Origin: an uncultured archaeon
GTDB taxonomy: Archaea > Asgardarchaeota > Lokiarchaeia > Sigyniarchaeales > SOKP01
Assembly (NCBI GenBank): GCA_964632315.1
Contig: CAZWEM010000016.1
Coordinates: 13,924 to 77,923 of the forward strand
Direction: 5' to 3'
Length of the DNA stretch: 64,000 nt
This document shows positions 18,268 to 29,084 of this stretch, piece by piece. Within the stretch, counting starts at the first letter, position 1. The number at the start of each line of letters is the position of its first letter. Under the pieces are notes generated by a model. That model saw only the letters and a list, made by a program, of their open reading frames with translations, ran no database searches and was not told the DNA's origin. The translations under genes and the position numbers were made by a program.

Positions 18268-19710
18268 TTGATGGACTCTCAAGAATACTCTTTTGAAAAA
18301 TTTGATACGTTATTTTATCCCAAACACATTGCATTTATCGGTGCATCTGAACAAAGTCGATTTGGGTCAATGTTATATTTGGTGGCATTCAAGGAATCTA
18401 AATGGGCAGATACATTTTATCCTGTTAATCCCAAGTATGAAAAAGTGTTAGATTGGAAATGCTATCCTACTGTTCTAGATATTTCTTTTCCCGTAGACAC
18501 TGCTTATATTTCAGTAAAGACTCAATTCATTCCTCAAGTATTAAAAGAATGCGTGCAGAAAAATATACAATGGGTCATTATTTTCGCTTCTGGATTCTCT
18601 GAAACTGGGGAAAAAGAGGGTTTACGGTTAGAACAAGAGATCAAGCAGATTATTCAAGGTACAAATACCCATGTAATTGGTCCGAATTGCTTGGGCCCTT
18701 TTAATGGGAAAACTGGCATGGCTTTCACTTTTAATTCTCCTATAGGTATTCCTGGAAATATTTCATTTATGTCTCAGTCAGGGGGGCACTTAAATCAGCT
18801 TCTTGATATCGGAATAAGGAGAGATCTTCGTTTTCGATATGGAGTTTCTTTTGGAAATCAAATAGATTTGAATTGTATCGACTTTTTGCGTCATTTCAAT
18901 TATGATAACGAAACAAAACTGGTAGCAGCTTATTTAGAATCATTTGGATCAGGTAATGGAAATGAATTCTTGAGAGAATTAAAGAAAACAACTAAGAAAA
19001 AGCCAGTAATAATTTGGAAAGGAGGTTACACAAGTTACGGATCTAAAGCCGCATTTTCTCACACAGGAGCACTTGCGGGTAGGGGAGAATTATGGAATCT
19101 CTTAGCAAAACAAGCCGGAGGAGTATTAGTTAGAAATAATGAAGAATTTTGGAATGTTATTAAGACTTTTGAGCTTTTATCACCAAATTTGTTTCCAAAG
19201 GGGCGAAAAGTTGGAATTGTGACTCCTGGAGGAGGATCTTCTGTGAATGCTACTGATCTACTCGCCCTTAATAATTTATTAGTTCCTGAATTAACAAAAG
19301 AATCACAGTTTAAACTTTCGGAAATCTTACCAAAAGAGAATGTAAATATTAAGAATCCAGTTGATTTAGGAGCTTTAGGATTCGTTGTTGAAGTTTTTGT
19401 TAACTGTATAGAAGTAGTTATGCAAGATCCGAATATTGATGTCATCTTAATTCCTTTATGGCCCCATTTCATGTATAACCATGTTTTTTCAAAAATGTTA
19501 AGAGTATTACAAGGACAAGATAAACCTTTTGCTTTCTGCCTCCCAAGTATCGCAGATTCCTTAGAACTCGCCAAAAAATTTGCAAACGTGCAGAAATTGC
19601 TTCATAAACAAAGAACATTGTACTTCTTTTCATTAAGGGATGCTGCAAGGAGTATTTCATTATTATGTGATTATGTAGATTATATAAAATTACAGGGTTG
19701 TTTGGATTAA
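18268..19710 (+). CDS. Acyl-CoA synthetase (NDP-forming), alpha subunit-like
   Basis: IAFIGAS, YPVNP, ASGFSETG, IGPNCLG, SQSGG, GNQID, phospho-His SHTGAL, NPVDL. Confidence 0.9.
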   Translation: MMDSQEYSFEKFDTLFYPKHIAFIGASEQSRFGSMLYLVAFKESKWADTFYPVNPKYEKVLDWKCYPTVLDISFPVDTAYISVKTQFIPQVLKECVQKNIQWVIIFASGFSETGEKEGLRLEQEIKQIIQGTNTHVIGPNCLGPFNGKTGMAFTFNSPIGIPGNISFMSQSGGHLNQLLDIGIRRDLRFRYGVSFGNQIDLNCIDFLRHFNYDNETKLVAAYLESFGSGNGNEFLRELKKTTKKKPVIIWKGGYTSYGSKAAFSHTGALAGRGELWNLLAKQAGGVLVRNNEEFWNVIKTFELLSPNLFPKGRKVGIVTPGGGSSVNATDLLALNNLLVPELTKESQFKLSEILPKENVNIKNPVDLGALGFVVEVFVNCIEVVMQDPNIDVILIPLWPHFMYNHVFSKMLRVLQGQDKPFAFCLPSIADSLELAKKFANVQKLLHKQRTLYFFSLRDAARSISLLCDYVDYIKLQGCLD

Positions 19711-19713
19711 TTA

Positions 19714-20067
19714 TTATAAGTAAATTTTTTTAGTTATTTCATTGAGATACTTTTTCATAAAATATCTTTGAAGTTTAGCATAATCCAATTTTTGTGCATT
19801 ACTTAAATCTTCATTACTCAAGAGAAGTAGATGTATTTCTATAATATTATGGAAGAGATCGAACTTAACATTACTAAGTGGCTGAGTGTGAATATGATTG
19901 AAGTTTTGGTCTAGATCTCCTGAAATCATCAATATTTGACTTAAATTTAGAGACTTTAAATCTCGCTCCGTAAATTCTTCAAATGGTACCTTTATATCAA
20001 TGATTAAATTGTCCTTAGATTGATTATAGTCAAAATTTGATTTTCCAGAAATCATAGAGTCTTCCAT
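19714..20067 (-). CDS. Hypothetical protein
   Basis: 117-aa ORF filling the gap, converging on the acyl-CoA synthetase gene. Confidence 0.55.
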   Translation of the reverse strand: MEDSMISGKSNFDYNQSKDNLIIDIKVPFEEFTERDLKSLNLSQILMISGDLDQNFNHIHTQPLSNVKFDLFHNIIEIHLLLLSNEDLSNAQKLDYAKLQRYFMKKYLNEITKKIYL

Positions 20068-20312
20068 TCGGATTTAATTTATATATATTTATCAAAAACC
20101 TCCCTAATTTTTAAGGGTTAATACCTTTTTGTCGACATAGAGGAAATGCCATCGCAGAGATTTCTTATTCCCAAGATCTTCTCTATAGTACTCTAGTTTA
20201 AGTTATTAATTGTTAAGCTAATATTAAATACCGTTTGAAAGGGATATTAATGGATTGATATCCTTATTTGGACTTGACGCAATAATGATGATCATATTTA
20301 AAAAAAAGTTTT

Positions 20313-21380
20313 ATGATCTCTAATGTATTAAAATACTTATTAAACGTGAAATTTTTGTCATTTTATGCAGGTTTAAAAGGACTTTTAAAGCGACCTTTTT
20401 ATTTGTTCCTTGTTTTATCATTTATACTCATCTGGATATTGATCTTAACCTTTTTCCAATTTACAAACCCTATATTGTTTTTAATAATCATTACATTTGG
20501 TGGAGGCTTTCTTTTTTTCGAATTAATAAGTCTTGTCATCTCACTTTTTAAACCGATTGAAGAAATAGAATGGTATATTTGGGGCTCGATTTTTATCCTC
20601 TCATTATTTTTAGCGCTTTTTTTAGCAAATACCGTGTTTTTTCCCACCTCAGATATTGCATTCGTAATTATGCTCAATGTTAATATGGTTTTTACCGCTT
20701 TTTTTGCATTCAAATTTTGCATAGACTCTGCTACTAAAGTTGATGACTATTTATATGGGGGAAAAAGGTCTAGAATAGTTTTAAGAGTTATTAGTTTTAT
20801 CATCTTCGGATTTTTAAATTTATGGGTGTTGAGAATAACTTGGGGATTTTTTGATCGTTTTTTAACTCCTTTTCAGCAAGCAATTGGGCTGATATTGAGA
20901 ATAATATTCTGAATTAATTTAATTCTAATGGGTTTTATCTTGATAAGATTAATTATAACTGGAAAATTCGCAGCTTATATTACTCTTTTCTTCTTACTTA
21001 CCGCATTTTATACACTTTATTTATTCTTTGATTTCATTTTTGGCCATTTTTTTAATAATGAAGCATCGGATCCGTATTATCTAATTATATCATTTATTGT
21101 AGATATTTTCATTTTCCTTTACATGCTTGGAACTGTTTATGATAGGATTGAGTATCTAAAAGAGAAGCTCAAATTCTTTAGAGTCGATACATTAGCAATT
21201 TTTTTAATTACCATGAAATTATATGTTCAAATAGCAAAGATCGTTGATCGAACAGTTGCAGAAGATTATTTAATTTTACAAGAATGGGGGATTTTCATAG
21301 TATTCATGTTATTCACCTTAATATTTGGAATTTATTCCATTTTTGCCCATAAATATGAAAAATCTAAGAAAATTGTTTAA
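20313..21380 (+). pseudogene. Polytopic membrane protein interrupted by one in-frame TGA at 20910-20912
   Basis: ORFs 20313-20912 and 20928-21380 are in the same frame: ...RIIF-TGA-INLILMGFIL..., a continuous hydrophobic helix. Confidence 0.6.
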
Positions 21381-21492
21381 TTCTTCTTTTTCTATTTATA
21401 ACTACTATAAAGTTTAAAATTGAGGAAAAAATTAATAGAATTTTAAAAATGAGAAAAAAATAGAAATATCAAAACACATATGTATTGAAAGA

Positions 21493-22005
21493 TTAATAAT
21501 ACTCCGTTTTGGTGAATAACAAAGCAAATGCGCCGTAAAATATGCCATTGGTGATTCCACCAATCAATGCAATTATCAGTGTTTCAGCGGTTGCGACTAA
21601 CCCATAATATGCTAAAGTTGTAGGACTTAAATATACTAAAAGCCCAACTGCTATCGCACATAGTATGCATGTTAAAAACCAGCCCCCAAAACTCGCTCCA
21701 TTCTTATTTCCAACTCGTCCAGCCACTATTGCAGCAATAAAAGGTGAAACAATGTAACCGACTAACTGAATTAACGACTCTGGTACAAGTGGACCTATTA
21801 CTCCATTATATATCTCAAGAATTACAGTTCCTGGGAAGTTAATAACCGGGCCGCATAATACCAAAAGAATTATAAAGGGATTTGCTGTAATATCACCAAA
21901 CAGAATATTTAAATCACCCGAAACTGTGTGTGCTATGATGACAAACAAAAAATTCATTCCTAAGTATGTTAAAAGGCTAAATCCGAACGACTTTCCAAAA
22001 CCCAT
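21493..22005 (-). CDS. Small multi-pass membrane protein
   Basis: 170 aa, 4-5 Gly-rich hydrophobic helices. Confidence 0.8.
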   Translation of the reverse strand: MGFGKSFGFSLLTYLGMNFLFVIIAHTVSGDLNILFGDITANPFIILLVLCGPVINFPGTVILEIYNGVIGPLVPESLIQLVGYIVSPFIAAIVAGRVGNKNGASFGGWFLTCILCAIAVGLLVYLSPTTLAYYGLVATAETLIIALIGGITNGIFYGAFALLFTKTEYY

Positions 22006-22184
22006 TATTCACTAACTCTTTTTAAGCTATAACTTTTTTAATCTATTATAATATCCTATTATAATAGGAATAGATTAGCTTTATAAATTTATATTAGTCC
22101 AAAAGTTAATTCCTTTAATATTCTAATTATAAAATTGAATCCACTTCACTAACAAATCATAAAGAGTTTTCAAATATTTTCCTA

Positions 22185-23240
22185 TTGAGAGTTGAACTGA
22201 TAATGAGAAAGGGTTCTAATAGCTTAGGATTAGGTAAATTAAAGCATGATTATTTATCTAAAATTTTAAAAAAGCATGTTTCTGACCTCGAGATTAACGA
22301 TGAGAGGATTATTTTAGGTTCTAAAATCGGAGAAGATGCTGCGGTCATTGATATGAAAGATCATTATCTCGTAGCTAAGACTGATCCCATAACATTTGCA
22401 ACTGATGAAATAGGATATTATTCCGTTCATGTAAACGTCAATGATATAGTATGTACAGGAGCCATACCTAAATGGTTCTTAACTACTATTTTATTACCAG
22501 CAAAAAAAACAAATGAGAATTTAATTGAAAAAATTTTCAAAGATCTTCACGATACGTGTAAATCTTTAAATATTTCTATGATAGGGGGCCACACGGAGGT
22601 TACCTCTAATCTAGACCGTCCTATTGTTGTTGGATCGCTTTTAGGTGAAGTTGAGAAAGATAAATTAGTGAAAACTTCAGGAGCTAAAGTTAATGATGTT
22701 TTGATATTGACAAAAGGAATTTTTATTGAAGGGACATCAATTATAGCAAGAGAAAAAGAGGAACTATTGCTAAGCAAAGGATTGGATCAGAAATTTATTA
22801 ACAAATGCAAGCAATTTCTTCATGATCCAGGGATTAGTATATATAAAGATGCTTTGATTGCGAATGCCAATTTTAAAATAAATTCAATGCATGATATTAC
22901 AGAAGGAGGTTTAGCTACTGGTATAGCCGAAATAGCAATTGCATCTGATCTTGGCGCATTAATTTATGAGGATTGTATAAAAATATTACCAGAACCAGCA
23001 AAATTAAGTAGAATATTCAATTTAAACCCTTATGGAACAATATCTTCGGGATCTCTATTAATATCTATAAATGAAAAAGAAGCAACCAAATTAGTCGATA
23101 CATTACGGAATGGTGGGATCGATGCCGAAATAATTGGAAAAATGGTAGAAAAAAATGAGGGATTAAAAATACTAACTGAGAATGATAAAACTCAGCCATT
23201 ATTATTTTCAGAAGTAGACGAAATTCTGAAAATTTTTTAA
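22185..23240 (+). CDS. AIR synthase-related (PurM/HypE/ThiL superfamily) protein
   Basis: GEDAAVI, KTDPIT, NVNDI, GGHTEVT, MHDITEGG, SSGSLL. Confidence 0.9.
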   Translation: MRVELIMRKGSNSLGLGKLKHDYLSKILKKHVSDLEINDERIILGSKIGEDAAVIDMKDHYLVAKTDPITFATDEIGYYSVHVNVNDIVCTGAIPKWFLTTILLPAKKTNENLIEKIFKDLHDTCKSLNISMIGGHTEVTSNLDRPIVVGSLLGEVEKDKLVKTSGAKVNDVLILTKGIFIEGTSIIAREKEELLLSKGLDQKFINKCKQFLHDPGISIYKDALIANANFKINSMHDITEGGLATGIAEIAIASDLGALIYEDCIKILPEPAKLSRIFNLNPYGTISSGSLLISINEKEATKLVDTLRNGGIDAEIIGKMVEKNEGLKILTENDKTQPLLFSEVDEILKIF

Positions 23241-23360
23241 AATTATGACACTATATATCGATAAGCTAATATTTTTATTCATATAATATTTTAATATTAT
23301 GATTTCTGATTTTATTTAGGTAAGAGAATATAAGTTGAAATTAACACCCTTAGATCCAAA

Positions 23361-25265
23361 TTGGCGAGCAGAAACTTGCAAGAAATATTAGAAAATATGG
23401 GAGAAAAGTTAAAACTTGAGGGGATGGCCCTTAAATTAAACTCTAATAGCTTATTTGGTCTTTTAATTAGTACAAGTCAATTAGATAAATTTCAAATAGA
23501 AATCGCATCTAAATGGGATGATTTTAAAAAAAAAAATCAACAAAGAATCATAACAACATCCTATACTACTTTTTTCTATTTGAACTTTGATGAGATTTTC
23601 CGTACTTTTCTAAATGAATTTTGCGGTCTAAAAAGCAAATCCCTTAAATTAATTGTAAAAGAAAAGATATCAAATGAAAACCTCTTTTTAGAATATAGTT
23701 ATGACATGTCAAAGGATGAATTGAGGAATTTCAAGGAGTTTGGGCAAAATTATGGTAATATTATCAATGGGATTACCAGTCCAACTGGATATTTGTATTT
23801 AATAGTATCGATATTGGGAGGAATATTAAGGAAGATCACCAAGCAAAATTTTTACGTTATCTTAGACGGAGCTGTAATACAAGATGATGAAAATCAAAAT
23901 CTCTTGAAATTTTTAATTGTAATTAAAGATAGTAAGGATAATTTGTTTGAATATTATTACCAAATGTTCCTCTATTATTTTTTGAAACACTTCAATGGAA
24001 TTCCCGAAAATTATTATGAAAAATTATTGCTTGGGAGAGAGAAGTTGTATGATCTTGCAATTCAAGAATATCCTTTAGCAAAGGAAAAACTTGTTGATTT
24101 ATTATATTATTTCTATAAAAAGTGTAATTTACTCCACAATTTTTCTCCACTCTTAGATTTCTTCAATTTTGTATGTTCTCGAGTTGAAGATTCAGTTTTT
24201 TCCAAGTATGATATCATTAAAAAAGAATTTTTAGTCAATTTTAATTATACCGAAGCAAAAAAAAAGGCAATTTTAAAGATTTTTGAATTTTTAGATAAGA
24301 GTTCGACACTATATAGTACATTTCAAGCCAACAATTTACCCAGTTCTAAAAGCCAATTTAGCCTATTCTTACTTTATATGAAATTTTATTTTGGAAGTGG
24401 AAGTTTGGAAGCTTTAAAGAATGCAGATCTGGTATTTCTTCCGAAAATATTACTTAAATTCGCAAATGAATGTAATATCGATGAAAAAATGGTATTAAAT
24501 GTGCAAAATTTTATCGAAAACTCTTCAATATTAGCAACATTAAACGATGTAAGTCTCATATTCAATAAGATCTTCAAAAGACATGTAGCAAGCATCAATT
24601 ATGATTTCTTTAAAACGTTTCTAAGAAGCCTTAACTCAAAACTCACTTCAATTATAGAAAAAGAAAATCAAGTTATCGCCGAAGATTATGGAGATGAACC
24701 CTTTTCATTTAAAAATATAGTCGATCATATTTGTAGAATGCTCTATGTTTTAATTGATAAGATTTTCATACGAATTTCTCCAAATCAAGCATCAAAGAAC
24801 TTCATTGATCCTAGAAGCAGGTATATAGGAAAGAACATCGCTTTACGTGTATTAGAATTATTCATATTTCAAGATTTAAATGTTTCTGACGATGTTTGGC
24901 CTGATTACGTCATAAGTATGAAAAAAGACGAATTATTAAAAGATTTGGAACCATACAAAGTAGACATCCCCGAAAAATACTTTTATAATGTTGAGGATAT
25001 CATTCGATTCGTAATCACGTATAATTTTCAGACTTATTCAGATAAAATACTCTTGGAAGAATGGCTAATTAAACAAATAATTATACCCTTAAATGATTTT
25101 TATGTTGTGATTAAAGAAAAAATCAAAAATCCAACGGATAAAGCTGAGATTAATCGAGTTCTTGAAAATTATTTTATGAAAGGTGAAAAATTTGATGATA
25201 CTGAAACAAAAGAAGAAGTTGAATTTGCTTGTAGTCAACTTGTTCCAATATGGCATGTTAAATAA
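23361..25265 (+). CDS. Hypothetical protein (634 aa)
   Basis: Long ORF with typical composition and no recognised motif. Confidence 0.75.
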   Translation: MASRNLQEILENMGEKLKLEGMALKLNSNSLFGLLISTSQLDKFQIEIASKWDDFKKKNQQRIITTSYTTFFYLNFDEIFRTFLNEFCGLKSKSLKLIVKEKISNENLFLEYSYDMSKDELRNFKEFGQNYGNIINGITSPTGYLYLIVSILGGILRKITKQNFYVILDGAVIQDDENQNLLKFLIVIKDSKDNLFEYYYQMFLYYFLKHFNGIPENYYEKLLLGREKLYDLAIQEYPLAKEKLVDLLYYFYKKCNLLHNFSPLLDFFNFVCSRVEDSVFSKYDIIKKEFLVNFNYTEAKKKAILKIFEFLDKSSTLYSTFQANNLPSSKSQFSLFLLYMKFYFGSGSLEALKNADLVFLPKILLKFANECNIDEKMVLNVQNFIENSSILATLNDVSLIFNKIFKRHVASINYDFFKTFLRSLNSKLTSIIEKENQVIAEDYGDEPFSFKNIVDHICRMLYVLIDKIFIRISPNQASKNFIDPRSRYIGKNIALRVLELFIFQDLNVSDDVWPDYVISMKKDELLKDLEPYKVDIPEKYFYNVEDIIRFVITYNFQTYSDKILLEEWLIKQIIIPLNDFYVVIKEKIKNPTDKAEINRVLENYFMKGEKFDDTETKEEVEFACSQLVPIWHVK

Positions 25266-25270
25266 TTTTT

Positions 25271-25783
25271 TTATTCGATTCCAAATGTTTCTATGAAGAT
25301 TTTAAAATTTTTCTCAATGTCTATTATTGGGATTTTAATATATTTCTTCGAATAGGCCTCATTTTTAGTTATAATTCCAGATATCAACTTAACCTCACCG
25401 GAAATCTGAGTCTCGATATCCTCTTCATTCTTCACGCATAAAATACTAGAAATTTTCAAATTTCTAAACCCTTCTATAAATAAGATATCAAAATCAAATG
25501 GTCCTTTCTCTAACCACTCAATTAGCCTATTAAAATCAATAGAGCTGTTGAAAAATAAAGCGTGATTATTAAACTTATTCTTAATGAGTGCAAACTTGGC
25601 TCCACTAACGAGGAAGCGTTGTGAATCTTTTCCCTCAATGTCTACGGAATGCATATAGACATTTTTAAAAACTCCACTCCTAAGACTAAGACGTTCCTTT
25701 AATAATTTTATCGCATGTTCAATAAAAAACGTCTTTCCTGATCCTGAATATCCAATAATACTAATAAACTTCATCGATCTCAA
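25271..25783 (-). CDS. mobB: Molybdopterin-guanine dinucleotide biosynthesis protein B
   Basis: IIGYSGSGKT, DIEGKDSQRF, GA and IEGFR motifs. Confidence 0.88.
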   Translation of the reverse strand: MRSMKFISIIGYSGSGKTFFIEHAIKLLKERLSLRSGVFKNVYMHSVDIEGKDSQRFLVSGAKFALIKNKFNNHALFFNSSIDFNRLIEWLEKGPFDFDILFIEGFRNLKISSILCVKNEEDIETQISGEVKLISGIITKNEAYSKKYIKIPIIDIEKNFKIFIETFGIE

Positions 25784-25898
25784 ATCACATCCAATTAAGC
25801 TAAAATAATATAAACATCCAATTAATTATATATTAAACATTGATTTCAATTTTATTGCTGATGTAGAGAATTCATTCAAAAAAGATAATAAGATTATT

Positions 25899-27893
25899 AT
25901 GTCTAAACAAAATGAAATAATAGTTTTTGACGCCAACTTCTTCATTTGCTTATTATCAATACACGTCAAAGACATCTTGAAGAATCTTGAACGTGCTGGA
26001 AGCGAATTAGGTTTAAATTATAACATTTCAGAAGTAGTCTTTGATGAAGTCAAAGCGCCCCACACTTACAGAGAACGCTTAGCAGAATTTGTTAATGTGG
26101 AACGAATACTGAATTCACAAATAGAAATTGTCAAATCAGACTTAGGACGATTTAACGTGAAGTGGCCAGCACAAGACCCAGATCTCTCTCTGTTAGTTTT
26201 AAGTGAACGATTAATGGAGAATAATGAAGGTGTGCCAATTCATCTGGTGACAGATGATTTTAAACTGGCCAAAAACGCTTCATTGTTGTTTAAAAATAAG
26301 CTAAGCATTCTTTCACTTTCCAGCTTTTTATTAAAAATTCAACGCACTATTCCAAACAAGCAATTAAGACATTATTTCAAGAATGTTTGGAAGAAAAGTT
26401 TAAATTACACCCTCTCATACATGATTGAACGTTCAAAAATTTATCCTGCTGAACAGAAGATCCAATGGCTTATTGAAAGAGCTGTATCTGTTACAGAAAG
26501 TTCTATCCTTACTAAAGATGCTCAATTAGTTGATAGAAAGGATGTAAAATTTGGAATTGGTTTTTCAAAATATAATGAGGAGATTGAAGCCGCTGAGAAA
26601 TATATAGAAAACCAAAAATTACCATCTAATAAAGAGGAATTGATTACAGGTATCATCTACTTCCTTGAAAATTTAAAAATTTCTAGGGAATATGTGAACA
26701 AAGCTCGAGAAGCAATAATTAAGAATGAGAACAAGGGAGCAGTATCATTTTTAAAAAAAGGAAATGCTTTTTTAATTTCACTTTTACAACTCGCAGCAGG
26801 AAAATTACAGAATATTAAAGACTTTGACATAGTACAGCAACTAATTTGCTCAGAAATATCCAAGATGGAGTTTTTACGAGCATTTTTACTAGTAATGTTA
26901 GGAAGAGTAAGTGTTGCAATTAACTCTCTTGAAAGGGCAGCTTTATTTTCGACAATCATACATAATAATGATACGTGCCTTACATTAAATTATCTTAAAG
27001 CCTTAATTTTATTGTTTCATGGACTCTATAAAAACGCGATTCTGCAATACAATTTTACGGAAGAATTAGCTGATATATACAATGATGAAAAACTTAGATT
27101 AAAATGTGCAATCGGAAAAGCAATCGCACTATATATCGAAGGGGAGGAACGTGCCACTGCGATGGGAATTATGGAAGAAATTTCGAATATGGATTTAGAG
27201 AAAAACTTTCTTGACGCAATCATTGTGTTCAGTGAGCTTGGAGATTATTTTTTAGCACTTGGCCATTCCCAAATCGCTGCTAATCTATATAACGAAGCAC
27301 TTGAAATTAGTATAGACTATAAATTAAATGTGAGAAGTGATATGCTTATTGAAAAGCTTAAAAGATCGTACATCGCTACAGTCTTAAATGGATATTCTGC
27401 GGAGGATATCATGGTTGACAAATTAGATGTTTTGCTTGATAAAGCGTATTCTGTAAAAGATGTGGAACGCTACAACGAACAGATAAAAAAGATCTCTAGT
27501 TTTAATATATTATTTTATACCAAATTTCCCTATATTACAGGTAAGAAGAAGATCATACCATTTTCGAAATTACCAAAAGAGTTGCAGGATGATTATTTAG
27601 AAGTCGTGCATTTTGAAAAAGTTAAAAATGATTCCATTAATCAGTATTTATTCATCGTATCTCATTATGAACTAGGATTATTAGGATTCCTTGTTAAAAC
27701 TAACGAAAATGTAATAGGCATTGCAGAAAATTATACGATTAAAATCAAACCTTCAGCGAAAGTTAGAATTTATAATCCAACCTCTGATTTGAGAGATACT
27801 TTTTTGATTCGCGCGATTATTGAACCTATGCAAGAAGATCAATGTGAGATAATTTATTCTCTTCCATCATTCTTTAAAAGTTTAAACATTTAA
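25899..27893 (+). CDS. PIN-domain plus TPR-repeat protein
   Basis: N-terminal VFDANFF...E...DPDLSLL...LVTDDFKL (PIN acidic residues); helical TPR-like repeats in the C-terminal half. Confidence 0.75.
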   Translation: MSKQNEIIVFDANFFICLLSIHVKDILKNLERAGSELGLNYNISEVVFDEVKAPHTYRERLAEFVNVERILNSQIEIVKSDLGRFNVKWPAQDPDLSLLVLSERLMENNEGVPIHLVTDDFKLAKNASLLFKNKLSILSLSSFLLKIQRTIPNKQLRHYFKNVWKKSLNYTLSYMIERSKIYPAEQKIQWLIERAVSVTESSILTKDAQLVDRKDVKFGIGFSKYNEEIEAAEKYIENQKLPSNKEELITGIIYFLENLKISREYVNKAREAIIKNENKGAVSFLKKGNAFLISLLQLAAGKLQNIKDFDIVQQLICSEISKMEFLRAFLLVMLGRVSVAINSLERAALFSTIIHNNDTCLTLNYLKALILLFHGLYKNAILQYNFTEELADIYNDEKLRLKCAIGKAIALYIEGEERATAMGIMEEISNMDLEKNFLDAIIVFSELGDYFLALGHSQIAANLYNEALEISIDYKLNVRSDMLIEKLKRSYIATVLNGYSAEDIMVDKLDVLLDKAYSVKDVERYNEQIKKISSFNILFYTKFPYITGKKKIIPFSKLPKELQDDYLEVVHFEKVKNDSINQYLFIVSHYELGLLGFLVKTNENVIGIAENYTIKIKPSAKVRIYNPTSDLRDTFLIRAIIEPMQEDQCEIIYSLPSFFKSLNI

Positions 27894-27955
27894 AATGATT
27901 TATTTCAAGTTATAAATTACTTAAAAAATTAAAACAAGAGAAGGCTTAAAAATAA

Positions 27956-28228
27956 TTATCTCTTTCTAAGATTTTTATCTCTCTGGGATATTGACCCCGA
28001 ATGTACAGCGCAACTTATACAATAGTATTTTGTTTTAGAGGGTGTCTGAATAATCGCTCCATCTTTTTTTAATTCGGCGTACATTCTTGAATCTACTAAA
28101 GAGACTCTTCTTGTTACTGCTTTAGCCTTGCTTCTTGCAACAAATCGACCACATTTAGCACATTGCACTCTATTATAGTGTCCTTTACTTGAACCAGATC
28201 TTCCGCCACTTTTTCTCTTCTTTGGAAT
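27956..28228 (-). CDS. rps26e: 30S ribosomal protein S26e (ATT start)
   Basis: Extends upstream to (M)PKKRKSGGRSGSSKGHYNRVQCAKCGR...YCISCAVH. Homologues begin MPKKR, which puts the start at ATT 28228. Confidence 0.93.
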   Translation of the reverse strand: MPKKRKSGGRSGSSKGHYNRVQCAKCGRFVARSKAKAVTRRVSLVDSRMYAELKKDGAIIQTPSKTKYYCISCAVHSGSISQRDKNLRKR

Positions 28229-28358
28229 GGAAATCAGCTTCTTTTTTTAATATTTGTTTGAATAATAAGTTCTAGTATATGAATTAGACAAAATTTAAAA
28301 AATTTATTATTTCAGCTTATAGAAGTTAATTTTAGCAACTAATTGCATTTATTTTTTT

Positions 28359-29084
28359 TTAAGTCATCTGATCAAGATTTTTAAGATTTTTATAAGAATA
28401 GACAAATCGTTGTAAAATCGTTATGATAAGCAAAATGATAAAAATTAGAATAAAAATTTGGAAAAAAAGGGGGCTTGGATAACCAAAAAAAGTTGTGGTT
28501 AAATAGTGAACCCAGATTTCTATGATAAATGCAAAAAACAGTAATATAAATCTCTCTGCTCTTTCCATTAGCCCTATCCCAATCATTCCTATTCCCTCAT
28601 TTTCTGCCCTTGCACGAATATAAGAAATCATCATAATTAAAAAGATAAGTATAAATCCAGTAATATAATCAATTAAGTTTCCTAAAATCATCCCAATAAC
28701 AATTAGACCATCAGAAACACGATCTAGATTTGAATCTAAAAATGCTCCTGCTCTTGTATTTTTTTCTGTCCGTCTTGCCACCTCTCCATCAAAAACATCA
28801 AATGCTCCTGCCCAGAATAAAAAAAAGGGCCCTATCCAGCCCCACCATAATGAAATATGTAAAATTCCAAAAGCAAGCAATACAGAAAAGATCAAGGAAC
28901 ACGCGAATCCTAAAAAGGATAGTTGATTAGGAGTGATATTATGCTTAATCAAGAACTTTACTGGATGATCAATAAATTTATTCAGTATTTTCCTTTGGTT
29001 TACTTGTTTATTGTTTTCAGATTCTAAAATGCTCACTGTTAACTGTGGTTGTCTTTTTAAAGATAGTAGTAATCTAAAGTTCAT
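28359..29084 (-). CDS. pgsA: CDP-alcohol phosphatidyltransferase, archaetidylinositol-phosphate synthase-like
   Basis: TPNQLS, DVFDGEVAR...GAFLDSNLDRVSD signature, SYIRARAE, GLMERAER. The true start may lie slightly downstream. Confidence 0.88.
   Translation of the reverse strand: MNFRLLLSLKRQPQLTVSILESENNKQVNQRKILNKFIDHPVKFLIKHNITPNQLSFLGFACSLIFSVLLAFGILHISLWWGWIGPFFLFWAGAFDVFDGEVARRTEKNTRAGAFLDSNLDRVSDGLIVIGMILGNLIDYITGFILIFLIMMISYIRARAENEGIGMIGIGLMERAERFILLFFAFIIEIWVHYLTTTFFGYPSPLFFQIFILIFIILLIITILQRFVYSYKNLKNLDQMT

Noticed and set aside
20098-20180. Hairpins upstream of the 117-aa gene, as a possible riboswitch
   Set aside because: Short stems only, with no match to a riboswitch consensus I can support.
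20910-20912. Selenocysteine codon
   Set aside because: TM-helix context, no redox motif and no recognisable SECIS. A Trp-to-stop change is simpler.
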